Assembly (NCBI GenBank): GCA_963665115.1
Contig: OY762007.1
Coordinates: 1,792,001 to 1,856,000 of the forward strand
Reading direction: 5' to 3'
Origin: an uncultured Rivularia sp.
GTDB taxonomy: Bacteria > Cyanobacteriota > Cyanobacteriia > Cyanobacteriales > Nostocaceae
Length of the DNA stretch: 64,000 nucleotides
The translations under genes and the position numbers were made by a program. Below the pieces are notes generated by a model. That model did no database searches. It was not told the origin of the DNA and was given only the letters and a program-made list of their open reading frames with translations. Positions 1 through 11,186 of this stretch are shown one piece after another (the stretch's first letter is position 1; the number at the start of each line of letters is the position of its first letter).

Positions 1-2
1 AA

Positions 3-437
3 ATTTTTACAGTCTCAACTTTTCAAGCCGCAGAAAAAGCTTATTGGGCAAAAACTACACCCATCGGTTTTGTATTTGGCTTTGGTGTAATTATCGCCTT
101 TCTTGTAGGTACTATGGTGGTGTATCAAATTATGTATTCCGATGTCGCCACCCATTTACCGCAATATGCCACCCTCAAAGCAATGGGATATCGCGATCGC
201 TATTTGATAGGGGTATTAATGCAAGAATCATTAATATTAGCGATATGCGGCTACATCCCAGCGTTCGCAGTATCTTGGCTAATATACGATCTTGCTGCTT
301 TCCTGACGCTGCTACCTATTTATATGACTCTTCAAAGAGGTATTATGGTATTTCTATTAACAGTAACTATGTGCTTAATTTCCGGGTTAACAGCAATAAG
401 AAAGTTACAATCTGCCGATCCTGCCGATGTATTTTAG
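3..437 (+). CDS. devC: ABC exporter permease, DevC/FtsX family (5'-truncated by window edge)
   Basis: Frame is open from the window start (…YWAKTTPIGFVFGFGVIIAFLVGTMVVYQIMYSDV…HLPQYATLKAMGY…RKLQSADPADVF), a typical cyanobacterial DevC C-terminus. Confidence 0.85.
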   Translation: MFTVSTFQAAEKAYWAKTTPIGFVFGFGVIIAFLVGTMVVYQIMYSDVATHLPQYATLKAMGYRDRYLIGVLMQESLILAICGYIPAFAVSWLIYDLAAFLTLLPIYMTLQRGIMVFLLTVTMCLISGLTAIRKLQSADPADVF

Positions 438-511
438 ATGTATTTTAAATCTTGTATCCTGCAAGGTATTGTAAAAAGCACTCTAGTAGTCTAAGTTTGC
501 TTTGTTGAGGA

Positions 512-1174
512 GTGGACAAACATATGCAAATTACAAATCTACTGAGTGCGGGTGGGATAGTAATGATACCATTGCTGTTCTTCTCGATATTAGTAGCGAC
601 ACTAATTATCGAACGCATCCGATTTTGGGTCAAAATAAACCGTCGTCAAACACGCATAGTAGAAGAAGTACTTAAACTTTATCGTCGAGATAATGTAGTT
701 AGTGCCTTGGAAAAACTCAAGCAAAATACCGATTTACCCATTGCTCGGATCTTTTTAGCAGCTTTAGAATTAGAAGAAGCAAACCCAGAAGAATTTCGTC
801 TAGCATTAGAAAGCGAAGCACAAGCCGAAATACCTTTACTAAAACGCTTTCAAAACATCTTCGATACAGTGATTTCTCTTTCACCACTCTTAGGACTTTT
901 AGGAACCGTTTTAGGACTAATTGCTTCTTTTGCTTCGCTCAACCTTGGTAACGTTGGAGGTACCCAAACAACCAACGTTACTGGTGGAATCAGCGAAGCA
1001 TTAGTTTCCACAGCAGCAGGATTAATAGTGGCTATCTTTACACTATTATTCGCCAACACATTCCGGGGATTATACCAGCGACAAATCGCATTAATTCAAG
1101 AATACGGCGGACAATTAGAATTACTTTACCGTCGTCATTACGAACGGGGAAATAAGTTAGGAGTTAGGAGTTAG
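512..1174 (+). CDS. exbB: MotA/TolQ/ExbB proton channel protein
   Basis: SPLLGLLGTVLGLI and GISEALVSTAAGL motifs; followed by exbD. Start GTG 512 or ATG 524. Confidence 0.9.
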   Translation: MDKHMQITNLLSAGGIVMIPLLFFSILVATLIIERIRFWVKINRRQTRIVEEVLKLYRRDNVVSALEKLKQNTDLPIARIFLAALELEEANPEEFRLALESEAQAEIPLLKRFQNIFDTVISLSPLLGLLGTVLGLIASFASLNLGNVGGTQTTNVTGGISEALVSTAAGLIVAIFTLLFANTFRGLYQRQIALIQEYGGQLELLYRRHYERGNKLGVRS

Positions 1175-1250
1175 GAGTGAACAGTGAATAGTTAGGAGTA
1201 GTGAGTAGTGAGTAGTGAGTAAGGAGTGATTAAAAATTCTTTCCAATGCC

Positions 1251-1313
1251 CAATTACCAATTACCAATTACCAATTACCAATTACCAATTACCAATTACC
1301 AATTACCAATTAC
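1251..1313. repeat. STRR heptamer tandem repeat (CAATTAC)x9
   Basis: Direct reading; heptamer STRRs are typical of heterocystous cyanobacteria. Confidence 0.95.
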
Positions 1314-1331
1314 CAATTCCCAAATAAAATC

Positions 1332-1736
1332 GTGAAACTACCAGAAGAACCAGATATTCCAGCACAAATTAATATCGTACCGATGATTGATGTGATATTC
1401 GCGATTTTGGCGTTTTTCATTATGTCATCGTTATTTTTGACAAAAATAGAAGGATTGCCAGTAAATTTACCCAAAGCATCATCGGCACAACAGCAACAAG
1501 CAACTGAACCAATTGCGGTCACAATTGACGAATTAGGTACAATTAGCTTGAATAGACAACCGATTACTCTCGATCTATTAGAAGCTGAAATCAAAAAATC
1601 AATTAATGTAAATCAAGAACGATTGGTAATAGTTAATGCAGACGAAAAAGTAGGGCACGGAAAAGTAGTCGCCGTCATGGATAAATTGCGAGAAATACCT
1701 GGAGTTAGATTGGCGATCGCCACTGAAAAACCATAG
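1332..1736 (+). CDS. exbD: ExbD/TolR biopolymer transport protein
   Basis: INIVPMIDVIFAILAFFI, VNLPKA and ADEKVGHGKVVAVMD motifs. Confidence 0.92.
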   Translation: MKLPEEPDIPAQINIVPMIDVIFAILAFFIMSSLFLTKIEGLPVNLPKASSAQQQQATEPIAVTIDELGTISLNRQPITLDLLEAEIKKSINVNQERLVIVNADEKVGHGKVVAVMDKLREIPGVRLAIATEKP

Positions 1737-1786
1737 AAAAATTTTCTATTACATAAACCTTTTGAACTAAAGATTGAACTAAAAAT

Positions 1787-1999
1787 ATGAAAAAGACTAT
1801 TTGGGTAAACGAACAAATAGACCCCTCCGGATTAATTTACGCTTGTATTGCCTGCTGCAACGAGTCTCAAGCAAAAGATTGCCACGAGTCTTTCAAAAAT
1901 GACTTGAATGAAGTACAGTTGGCAGCCGGTTGGATAGCGCGAATGAGAACAGTAGAATCCTGGGATGAAGTTCCAGTTAATTCTTTAAAACTAAATTAA
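1787..1999 (+). CDS. Small conserved cyanobacterial protein (70 aa, Cys-containing), function unknown
   Basis: ATG ORF; TIWVNEQIDPSG…CIACC…CH resembles a small cyanobacterial family. Confidence 0.65.
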   Translation: MKKTIWVNEQIDPSGLIYACIACCNESQAKDCHESFKNDLNEVQLAAGWIARMRTVESWDEVPVNSLKLN

Positions 2000-2213
2000 T
2001 ATTGGGTTTTGGTTTGATTAATAAACAGGACTAGTTGAGATAAGGAATAGGGTTGGGAGAACGGGAAACGGGGAACAGAGATAAAAAAGTTTTAGTAATT
2101 AATTATTGATAATTGTTCATTGATAACTGATAATTGAAATTGATAATAATTATCCCAGATTATAGATACTATCTATATAAAGGATAAACATTTGGAAAAA
2201 CCCTATTTAATTA

Positions 2214-2768
2214 GTGAGCTATCCAAAAATTTTCTCTTTCAAAAAAGACTATAAAATCAACTTAGTCAGTGAAAGGGGAGAAGAAATTCAAATTTCAATT
2301 CATTCCCCTACTCGGTATATTCGTGAAAACTGCCAACGGATATTACCAGATTGGAACAACAAGTTAGAAATGTCGGTAGCTATTGTTTTACAACAATCCC
2401 AATTTGCACTTACAGAAACTTCACCCCGAATAGAAGCAGAAAAACAGCGCTTGCGAGCAAAATTCATGAGGTTTGCTTGCGATGTTGCATTCGATTTAAG
2501 AGATAAACAATATCTGACAGACTTGATAGATCCCCGTACCGGCTATCCATTGCTATCTCGCCCCGGACAAATTCCCCATGACGATACCGCAGTTGTCAAA
2601 ACATTGCTTAAATACCCAATGATTTGCAACAAATGCCGCGTATTAATTCACCCTAAATGGGGAACAGCAGTTTATCCCAGTATTTTAATTTCAGTAGCAC
2701 CCAGAATCATCATTGCCCGAACAATTCAAAGCAACGCCATCTTACACGGATGGGAGGAAGTTAGTTAG
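2214..2768 (+). CDS. MMADHC/CblD-like protein (cobalamin trafficking family)
   Basis: EKQRLRAKFMRF…TDLIDPRTGYP…CRVLIHPKWGTAVYPS motifs of the MMADHC family. Confidence 0.8.
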   Translation: MSYPKIFSFKKDYKINLVSERGEEIQISIHSPTRYIRENCQRILPDWNNKLEMSVAIVLQQSQFALTETSPRIEAEKQRLRAKFMRFACDVAFDLRDKQYLTDLIDPRTGYPLLSRPGQIPHDDTAVVKTLLKYPMICNKCRVLIHPKWGTAVYPSILISVAPRIIIARTIQSNAILHGWEEVS

Positions 2769-2981
2769 GAGTTGGGAGTTGGGAGTAGAGAGTTGGGAGT
2801 TGGGAGTAGGAAGTAGGGAGTAGGGAGTAGAGAGTAGAGAGTTGGGAGTTGGGAGTAGAGAGTTGGGAGTTGGGAGTTGGGAGTTGGGAGTTGGGAGTTG
2901 GGAGTTGGGAGTTAATAATAATTTGTCTCCTTGTCTCCTTGTCTCCTTGTCTCCTTGTCCCCTTGTCCCCTTGTCTCCCCC
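2766..2981. repeat. STRR arrays (GAGTTGG)n and (TTGTCTCC/TTGTCCCC)n
   Basis: Direct reading; lies between convergent genes. Confidence 0.9.
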
Positions 2982-4058
2982 CTAACTCTTTTTCGGTTTC
3001 CGCAATGGCTTTGAATCTATCGGTCCTAATATCTTGTTAAGTGCGCGTAATTGTTCGGCTGTTCCCATGCTTATCATTACATCCCCTGTCATTAAAATAG
3101 TCTCTGCTGTAGGGCCACCAATCAGTTCTCCACTAGCACGACGAATCGCAAGAACTAATGCTCCAGTTTGCGCTCGCAATCTTGCTTCTCCTAAACTTTG
3201 ACCGACAAAGGGACAAGATTTATAGTCAATTAAAACTTCTTCCATGTAGAGCTCGCTACCTTTTCCTGATATAATTCCGTCTACGAAATCCATTATCTGG
3301 GGTCTTAAAGCTGCTGCTGCCATTCTTCTACCGCCGGTGATGTAGGGCGAAACTACTGCATCTGCACCGCCTCGCTGAAGTTTTTGTACGGCTTCTTCTG
3401 TGCTGGCGCGGGCGATCGCCCTAATTCGCGGATTAAGTGTTTTGGCGGATAAAACTATGTATAAATTTTCGGCATCTGATGGTAGTGCGGCGACGATACA
3501 AATAGCTCTATCTATTCCTACGCGCATCAGCGTTTCATCTAAAGTTGCATCACCTTGATATATGGTATAACCTTCTTCTTGAGCTTGTCTGACAGTATCT
3601 ACTTCCGAATCAACAACTATAAAACTTACACTTTCTGCTTCAAATTCTTGAGCGATTTGACGACCTGTACGACTAAATCCGCAAATAATATAATGTCTAG
3701 ATAATGATTCCATTGTTCGCCGTTGTTGTCTGAGTCGAATTCCTTCTTGAAAATATCCTTGAATTACGGCCTCTGTAAATCGATTAACAATATAACCAAT
3801 GGTAACTATCCCCATTAAAATTAAGGCGATAGTAAATAACCTTCCTCGGCTTCCTAATGGTATAGTTTCTCCATAGCCAACGGTTGATAAGGTGATCACC
3901 GTCATATAAGCAGAATCTTCCCACTTCCAACCTTCTACAAATCTGTACCATAAAGTTCCCGTCAGCAACACGCCACAAAAGGACAGTGTTCCAATCATTA
4001 ACTCTTGCTGGATGCGACGATATTTTTGCTCTAATATCGAAAAAACGGCTTTTTTCAT
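2982..4058 (-). CDS. Potassium channel protein with RCK (TrkA-N/TrkA-C) domains
   Basis: TVGYG selectivity filter, two TM helices, [11 protein letters not shown]ossmann motif, C-terminal TrkA-C. Confidence 0.92.
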   Translation of the reverse strand: MKKAVFSILEQKYRRIQQELMIGTLSFCGVLLTGTLWYRFVEGWKWEDSAYMTVITLSTVGYGETIPLGSRGRLFTIALILMGIVTIGYIVNRFTEAVIQGYFQEGIRLRQQRRTMESLSRHYIICGFSRTGRQIAQEFEAESVSFIVVDSEVDTVRQAQEEGYTIYQGDATLDETLMRVGIDRAICIVAALPSDAENLYIVLSAKTLNPRIRAIARASTEEAVQKLQRGGADAVVSPYITGGRRMAAAALRPQIMDFVDGIISGKGSELYMEEVLIDYKSCPFVGQSLGEARLRAQTGALVLAIRRASGELIGGPTAETILMTGDVMISMGTAEQLRALNKILGPIDSKPLRKPKKS

Positions 4059-4490
4059 CGCTCTCCAAGTTTACAGACATTTCGGTAATATAAATAAAAT
4101 TACGAATAATTTTGGATACCCTTGTAATATTAATTACTAATTATTTCAATATCAAGCTTAATTAATTTTTGATTTATAAATTATTAAATTGGGTACAACA
4201 AATTGTGCTGCTACGACATTGAATCGTAACATCATTTCTGCTGTATCTATACTATCTTTGCTACTAAAATCAAATATGCTTTTTCCCGAAGCGGTTGGGA
4301 TAGAGCATAAAGCCAATAACTAATCTAACTCTTCTGAAATTTATTTTAAAACATCGGTAAATTACGTTGCAACCGATATTTACCCCAATAGCCGATCGGA
4401 ATCGCAATTATTGAAACGGCTAGTTGAAATAATATCGTAAAAATCATTGCACCAAATCCTCTTAAACCCGCAACGACTCTAGCTGCACCT

Positions 4491-4745
4491 TCACCACTTA
4501 TAGATATACCTCCACCAAGATGTAAATAGAGCAGTAGGAGCGCCCATAAATTCGATGAAAACTAAAAGTAATGCAATCCTTCTGTGACGTGAAGGGTTGA
4601 TATCGCGATCAAAGTCTTTTGGTAATAACAAAATTATTATCGAACTAGTTAACCAAGCAGCACCGCATAACATTGGATGTATTGGTAATAGGAAAAATTG
4701 TAAGCTAATCAGTGGTGCGAGAATAGGAATTATATGAATTGACAT
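4491..4745 (-). CDS. Hypothetical small membrane protein
   Basis: 84-aa hydrophobic ATG ORF 30 bp downstream of the HIRAN gene, same strand. Confidence 0.4.
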   Translation of the reverse strand: MSIHIIPILAPLISLQFFLLPIHPMLCGAAWLTSSIIILLLPKDFDRDINPSRHRRIALLLVFIEFMGAPTALFTSWWRYIYKW

Positions 4746-4775
4746 AATAGAATTATTCGGAAGAATAATTATTAA

Positions 4776-5537
4776 TTAGGCCACATTATAATCAATATCA
4801 GTGGCATATGCAATTGGCTGATATTCATTACCACTAAATGGACTAAACCCAGATTTCCATTCTGCTGTTAAATTACACAGTAAACGTTGTTGTAAAGGTG
4901 TTGGTGCGGGATTTACTCTTTCAACTCGGACTAGAACGCTATTTAGATTTTCTAATAATACATGAAAATCATTATTAAGATATCGTGGACAATAACCTAC
5001 ATTATGATGATCTTTTGTACAAAGCATCAATACCTTAGAATCATAAGGGTTCTGTAACTCATGAGATAAATATAATAATTCCCCCGGTTCAGATTTAAGA
5101 ATCCTTTCAACAGAAGATAATGGAAAATATCTTAACCCACGTGCAAAAAATTTCATCTCATATAAACCGTTTTCATCTTGACTCGGACAAGGGAAAACTT
5201 CTAAAGTATCTGTAGCTTTTCTTCCACCACTACGAGCTAAAATATTAATAGGTTCGTCTTCCTTTTCAGGAATATTCAACCGCTCAATATAATTTTTATA
5301 ATCGGGACGAGAAGACCGCATAATCCGATTAGAGAATAATGGAAAAATTATTGTTGATTTATATACCTGATTGAACTCAGGAAAAGAATACAAAGCATTG
5401 AAACCGCATTGCTCTCTAGCCTGCAAAGCACCTCTTACATATGAAAATTGGTATTCTTCCCCATCATAAGTCAAGCGACCAATGGGAAACCATGTACGAG
5501 TATTTGGATCTTGCCAAGCCAGAAATAGGGTTTTCAT
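4776..5537 (-). CDS. HipS-like/HIRAN domain protein, putative antitoxin
   Basis: N-terminal LFLAWQDP…WFPIGRL…YQFSY, then GGRKATDTLEVF and HIRAN-like FFARGLRY…ELQNPYD…VGYCPRY. Confidence 0.8.
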   Translation of the reverse strand: MKTLFLAWQDPNTRTWFPIGRLTYDGEEYQFSYVRGALQAREQCGFNALYSFPEFNQVYKSTIIFPLFSNRIMRSSRPDYKNYIERLNIPEKEDEPINILARSGGRKATDTLEVFPCPSQDENGLYEMKFFARGLRYFPLSSVERILKSEPGELLYLSHELQNPYDSKVLMLCTKDHHNVGYCPRYLNNDFHVLLENLNSVLVRVERVNPAPTPLQQRLLCNLTAEWKSGFSPFSGNEYQPIAYATDIDYNVA

Positions 5538-5656
5538 ATAGAAAAATTATTTAGACATAGCATATTAAAATATATATGTCAGTTATACAAGATATTGTAC
5601 TCCGATATCAGAACGCAACAATGTCATTGAGTAACACAACTAATGATTTACTGGTT

Positions 5657-6567
5657 TTATAAACTTTCACGCAGCTTGAGTAATCTACTTCGATTAAATT
5701 CCAGTATTCTCTGTGCAAATTCGATAGCGCTTGGTGATATCCGTTCTTGTGGAATGCGCTCAAATAGTTCTGAAGTATTTGCAGATGATATATTTGATAG
5801 ATAATCTAACCACAATAAAGCTGCATCTGGATAACCTTGTGCAGCTAGATAAAATGCATCAAATGTTTTAAGCGTCTTTTGATCGCCTGTTTCACCATAA
5901 AAAGCTGAAGTGGATCTACTTGCGTATGCTTCTACAGAAAAACCAGCATCTTTTGTTTTCAGTCTTTCTTTACGTTTTTATCCAATAACTCTCTACCAAG
6001 ACAAGAAGCATGGTCATAAGTCGGAGCTAAGTGAGTTTTATTAACTAAATTGACAAATGCCCAGTTTTCATGGTGTCTATCAGTATTACCAATCCAAGCA
6101 TCTAAAAGTAAATAACCGATAAAAGTTTCTACTGCATTACTTATACCTTCTGGTGAAGTCCAGCCTACAGGAAAATTAATAGAATCACCTGCAATAGCAT
6201 CTAATACAGAATTGATTGTGTGTTGAGAAGGATTTTTTATATCCCTGAGATAATCTGGAATTGTTCTAGATAAAATTTCATTACCAAAAGTAAGACTACC
6301 CCCTTTAGGCAAAAAATATGGTGAGATAATTCCTTTCTCTCCTTGAAATGTCGCCAATTCATATTTTGCGTGAGGTAAATGCAATAATTCGCATAACTCT
6401 GCCGCAATCTTTTCTGACCAATCTTCACCTGTATTAGGTCTAGCTTTTTTATATAAACAGTTACCAAAATTTTCATGGTCAAACCAAAACTTTTCTTTGG
6501 TTCCCATTTGTTCTTCTTCACCAGGTGCATCTAGCGAAATTTCAATAATAGAAAAATAATTAGCCAT
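5657..6567 (-). CDS. HipA-like Ser/Thr kinase (frameshift at about 5975-5979)
   Basis: GTKEKFW, EDWSEKIA, DAWIGNTDRHHENW and LAPTYDH motifs. Adding one A to the A5 run extends the frame (KRKERLKTKDAGFSVEAYASR…LLKLRESL*) to 5657. Confidence 0.82.
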
Positions 6568-6609
6568 GATGTATTATTTCATGTGGTACATCATGGCAAA
6601 AATAAATCA

Positions 6610-7221
6610 TCACCGTGAGCTAGCAGCCAATTGACTCCAACCAACATAAGGCAACTTCGCCGCAGTCTCTCTCACCTTCTGTGCATTACTTACCAATTGT
6701 CCGCAAGCATCCCAAGTACCGGCAACAAACATATTTTTCGCACCTTCACCCATGTTTACGGCTGCTGAAAAATCACCGCACTGTACTTTCATTGCTTGCA
6801 AATCTACCGTGATATTTGTTTGAGGATTATCAGTTAACATCACCTGCAATTGTTGAACGGTATCGGAATCAGCAGTAACACAAGGAACGCCCATCGCTAC
6901 GCAATTACCGAAAAATATTTCTGCAAAGCTTTCGCCAATTAAAGCCTGAATTCCCCATTTTGCAAGTGCTTGAGGTGCGTGTTCCCTTGATGAACCACAG
7001 CCAAAGTTACGGTTGACTACTAATATGCTTGCATTCTGATACTGCGGACGATCGAAGGAATGTTTGCCTTCAAGTCCTTTGCGATCGTCTTCAAAAGCGT
7101 GTTCTCCTAAACCATCAAAGGTAACGCAACGCAAAAATCGCGCTGGGATGATTCTATCTGTATCGATGTCGTTACCAACTAAAGGAATACCGTTTCCGGA
7201 AACTGTTTTAACTTCACTCAT
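6610..7221 (-). CDS. leuD: 3-isopropylmalate dehydratase small subunit
   Basis: [13 protein letters not shown] and [12 protein letters not shown] motifs. Confidence 0.97.
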   Translation of the reverse strand: MSEVKTVSGNGIPLVGNDIDTDRIIPARFLRCVTFDGLGEHAFEDDRKGLEGKHSFDRPQYQNASILVVNRNFGCGSSREHAPQALAKWGIQALIGESFAEIFFGNCVAMGVPCVTADSDTVQQLQVMLTDNPQTNITVDLQAMKVQCGDFSAAVNMGEGAKNMFVAGTWDACGQLVSNAQKVRETAAKLPYVGWSQLAASSR

Positions 7222-7327
7222 TACGATTTTGGATTTTAGATTTTAGATTTTGGATTAAAGAATTGGTAATTGGTAATTGGTAATTGGGAAAATTCTTCCC
7301 CCTCTCCTTTCAACTAACAACTAACAA

Positions 7328-8737
7328 CTAACCACTAACAAACTCTCGCACATCTGCAACGGTGCCTTTAATTGCTGCTGCTGCAACCATTGCGGGACTC
7401 ATTAATAATGTACGTCCGGAGGCGGAACCTTGTCTTCCTTTAAAGTTGCGGTTGGAGGAAGAAGCACTTATTTGTCTTCCCTGCAATTTATCGGGATTCA
7501 TTGCCAAACACATGGAACATCCGGGTTCTCGCCATTCAAATCCGGCTGCTTCAAAGATTTTATCTAAACCTTCGGCTTCGGCTTGCTTTTTGACTCTTTC
7601 GGAACCGGGTACTACAAAAGCTTTGATTCCTTGGGCTACATGATGCCCTTCGGCGATTTTGGCGGCTTCGCGTAAGTCAGTTATTCTACCGTTGGTGCAG
7701 CTGCCTATAAAACAAACATCTATTTTTGTACCTTTGATGGGATTGCCGGGTGCTAAATCCATGTAGCGATAAGCTTCTTCGGCAATAACTCGGTCATCTG
7801 CTGGTAATTCTTCAGGCTTAGGTACGGATTGATTGATTCCTATACCTTGTCCGGGAGTGATTCCCCAAGTAACTGTGGGTGGAATGTCTGCGGCATCAAA
7901 TACTACTACATCATCGTATTGTGCATCAGCATTACTACGGAGAGATTCCCACCAAGCAATGGCTTTTTTCCAGTCTTCTCCTTTGGGGGCAAAGTCTTTA
8001 CCTTTGAGGTATTCGTAAGTCACTTGATCGGGATTAACGTAACCGCATCTCGCACCGCCTTCGATGGACATATTACAAGCAGTCATCCGTTCTTCCATGC
8101 TCATTTGTTCAAAGGTGGTACCTGCAAATTCGTAAGCGTATCCTACACCACCTTTCACGCCGAGAGTACGGATTATATGTAAAACCACATCTTTGGCGTA
8201 AACACCCGGTTTTAAAGTACCGTTTACTTCGATTTTACGGACTTTTAACTTAGATAGAGCCAACGTTTGCGAAGCCAATACATCCCGCACCTGAGAAGTA
8301 CCAATACCAAAGGCGATCGCCCCAAAAGCACCGTGAGTTGAAGTGTGACTATCACCACAAGCAATGGTCATTCCCGGCTGGGTAAGTCCCTGCTCTGGCG
8401 CAATTACGTGAACAATACCTTGATTTCCCGTACCAATATTGTAAAAAGTTATGCCATTTTCTTTACAATTTGTTTCAAGCGCCTGCATCATCTCTTCTGC
8501 CAAAGTATCGACAAAAGGACGCGCTTGATTATCTGTAGGTACAATATGATCCACCGTTGCCACCGTGCGTTGTGGAAACAATACGACTAATCCCCGTTCC
8601 CTAAGCATAGCAAAGGCTTGAGGACTTGTTACCTCATGAATCAGATGCAGCCCAATAAACAGTTGCGTTTGTCCGGATCTTAGGGTACCAACTGTATGTA
8701 AATCCCAAACTTTATCAAATAACGTGCCTTTGCTCAT
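7328..8737 (-). CDS. leuC: 3-isopropylmalate dehydratase large subunit
   Basis: [25 protein letters not shown] and [10 protein letters not shown] motifs. Confidence 0.98.
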   Translation of the reverse strand: MSKGTLFDKVWDLHTVGTLRSGQTQLFIGLHLIHEVTSPQAFAMLRERGLVVLFPQRTVATVDHIVPTDNQARPFVDTLAEEMMQALETNCKENGITFYNIGTGNQGIVHVIAPEQGLTQPGMTIACGDSHTSTHGAFGAIAFGIGTSQVRDVLASQTLALSKLKVRKIEVNGTLKPGVYAKDVVLHIIRTLGVKGGVGYAYEFAGTTFEQMSMEERMTACNMSIEGGARCGYVNPDQVTYEYLKGKDFAPKGEDWKKAIAWWESLRSNADAQYDDVVVFDAADIPPTVTWGITPGQGIGINQSVPKPEELPADDRVIAEEAYRYMDLAPGNPIKGTKIDVCFIGSCTNGRITDLREAAKIAEGHHVAQGIKAFVVPGSERVKKQAEAEGLDKIFEAAGFEWREPGCSMCLAMNPDKLQGRQISASSSNRNFKGRQGSASGRTLLMSPAMVAAAAIKGTVADVREFVSG

Positions 8738-8918
8738 CTCAATCCGTTTGCTAAGAGTCAGGTTTACTGAATGTTACCAAAAAACGGTGACGGACGGGAG
8801 GGGGAGAGTGGGAGAGTGGGGGACAAGGGGACAAGGGGACAAGGAGAAGGATTATTAATTGTCAACTCACTACTTACTACTCACTACTCCCAACTCCTAA
8901 CTGTTCACTGTTCACTGA

Positions 8919-9248
8919 TTACTGTTTCTGTCGCTCATTAAGTTCTTTTAATTGACGCTCCATAGCATCGAAAGCATGACGAATTACTGCATCTACGGGT
9001 TCGTACTGTTCTCCTTTGTCGGGGCTGCGGTCTACTGCTAGTTCGTGGGATGGTGGTACGGTGATATCTAAACGCACTCTATAAGGAGAACCGCTGCTGG
9101 GATGGTCATGTGCTTTTTCGATAGCTACGCGACAACTGCTGATATGGTCGCAAAATTTTTCTAACTTAGCAATTTTGGAATTTACCAATTCATCTAAAGC
9201 ATCTGTTTTTTCTACACTACGATAAGTAATTTCTGGCTGTACGTTCAT
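8919..9248 (-). CDS. HPF/RaiA-family ribosome-associated protein
   Basis: EITYR…KIAKLEKFCDHISSCRVAIE…YRVRLDITVPP…AFDAMERQL. Confidence 0.8.
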   Translation of the reverse strand: MNVQPEITYRSVEKTDALDELVNSKIAKLEKFCDHISSCRVAIEKAHDHPSSGSPYRVRLDITVPPSHELAVDRSPDKGEQYEPVDAVIRHAFDAMERQLKELNERQKQ

Positions 9249-9869
9249 AAAATTTTACTTTGTATATATGATTCCAATTAGTCTCTGCATAATGTAATGT
9301 AAGTATCCTCCTTTTGACTTCTTTCTCAAAGATGAAAATTTTGTAATACCTTTCTATCTTTCGTAGGAGATTTTTTTGCAATATAGGAGAAACCAATACG
9401 GTATTTATTACCATTTATTAATAGAGTAATAAAATTTTTTTGTCTAATTTCATATCTTGCAGCATTATTAATAACTTATATTTTTTACTGTTATTTATTA
9501 CTAACACTTTTCTCTATAATAAATATTGTATTATAATTATTAATCATATCGTTTACATTAAATAAAGATACTTATTCTAACTTTTTAAGTTCATTTTGTA
9601 TTTTAGCGCAAACTAATAATACTCATTAATATAATTTGAGTAGACATTTTTCATCCAGTATAAAAGACAAAATACTTTTCTCTAACAAAACCGAACATTC
9701 AATTCTAAAATTATTTATTTAGAAATAAAAATAACTTCATCAACTCTTTTTATCTTTCTCTGTAATATTACGTAAATCATACTAAATATATAGGTGTAAA
9801 TTTGATATTCTGGCTTTAACTCCTACCAAATACTACTTAGGAATTGTAAATAATACTTAAGGAAAAAGA

Positions 9870-10760
9870 ATGAAGGATTCTGCGTACTTGCAGTTGAAAG
9901 CTTATCTAGCTTCGGATGCGATTGTAGATTGGCAAACAAAAGATATTCCAATCTGTTCAATCCCAGTTTTTACTAAGGGTATGCAGGCTAACAGGTACTT
10001 TTTCGGACATACAAAATGGGGAAAGGAATACTTTGAAACTAGTCATCGTAGCGAACCTTTTAAGGAACGTTGGCAGGCTGTGATGGGTAGTTGGGATGAC
10101 AAAATTGTAGTTGATATCGGATGCGGTCCTGGTAATGTTTATGCAACGCATGGCGGTAAGCCTAAATTATTAATTGGGGTTGATGTTTCTCTAAGTGCTT
10201 TAGAGATGGCTCGCGAAGTTGGCTATACACCGATTTTAGCTGATGCCCATCATCTACCATTTGTAGATAGCTTTGCAGACATAGTTGTTGCTAATGCTAC
10301 CGTTCATCATTGCGATGATATGGGTAGAATTTTAACAGAAGCGGCGCGTTTGGTGCGTCCCGGTGGATTGTTGTTTACCGACCAAGACCCCCAGCGTACA
10401 GCTTGGGATTTGAAAGGAGCGGGTCTATTTATACGAGATATTCGATACCCTTTGTATCGTCTGCTTGGCAGCAAGTATTACATTCCTTATAAGGAAAGAC
10501 ACGCACGTTGGAAAACTGAAGTTCACAATCAAAGACCGGGAGATGGGATTACACCCGATGTGTACTACAAAGCTTTGGAACCATTAGGTTTTGAGGTGAA
10601 ATTATATCCTCACTCTCACGATTTAGGTGCAGAGGTACTTAAAGGTAAAAATGGTCGAAATTCTTGGAGATTGAGATTAAGTCAACGGTTATCAGGCATC
10701 AACCCCGAAACACCAGAAGCAGCACAATCGATAATGTGTATCGCTAGACGTACCAATTAG
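9870..10760 (+). CDS. Class I SAM-dependent methyltransferase
   Basis: VVDIGCGPG motif I, DAHHLPF, RLVRPGG. Confidence 0.88.
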   Translation: MKDSAYLQLKAYLASDAIVDWQTKDIPICSIPVFTKGMQANRYFFGHTKWGKEYFETSHRSEPFKERWQAVMGSWDDKIVVDIGCGPGNVYATHGGKPKLLIGVDVSLSALEMAREVGYTPILADAHHLPFVDSFADIVVANATVHHCDDMGRILTEAARLVRPGGLLFTDQDPQRTAWDLKGAGLFIRDIRYPLYRLLGSKYYIPYKERHARWKTEVHNQRPGDGITPDVYYKALEPLGFEVKLYPHSHDLGAEVLKGKNGRNSWRLRLSQRLSGINPETPEAAQSIMCIARRTN

Positions 10761-11186
10761 TTGCTCCCGATATTGCATCACCTTAATCAATGGTGGCTGC
10801 TAAGACAATTTCTCTGTTTTAGCAACAGTTTCAGGGAAGCCATCATCGAAAAATATATGCCAGCTTGCGTTCTTAGATTTTAAATTAGAGAATTAGAGAA
10901 AATTTATAAATCTATTTTCTATCTAAGAAGACAACTTGGCGTTTCTGGTTTTAATCTTTTTTAACCTCAAGTTGAATGCAAATAACTAATATCTACATTT
11001 TTGCACTCAAAAAATCCTTTCATTTAGCATCAAATCTAAAATTGCTGTATATATTGCTAATAATCAACTACTTTTTGCAAAAGAATTATAGTCAATGCCA
11101 TTCTGATGATTTTTTACGCTTTAATAATTCATTTTCCCGGATTTTGCTGTAAAACCAGAAGAAGGAAAAATACGATTCAGGAAAAT

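Noticed and set aside
2849..3040. 63-aa ORF (GVGSWEL repeats)
   Set aside because: Translation of STRR heptamer repeats, not a gene
7362..8590. Several plus-strand ORFs opposite leuC (similar ones lie opposite the TIR-WD40, exoD, mutS and ABC genes)
   Set aside because: Antisense or alternate-frame shadows of well-supported genes
9250..9869. Long, very AT-rich intergenic region as a possible origin or ncRNA
   Set aside because: No DnaA-box cluster, iterons or stable structure seen; consistent with a divergent promoter region
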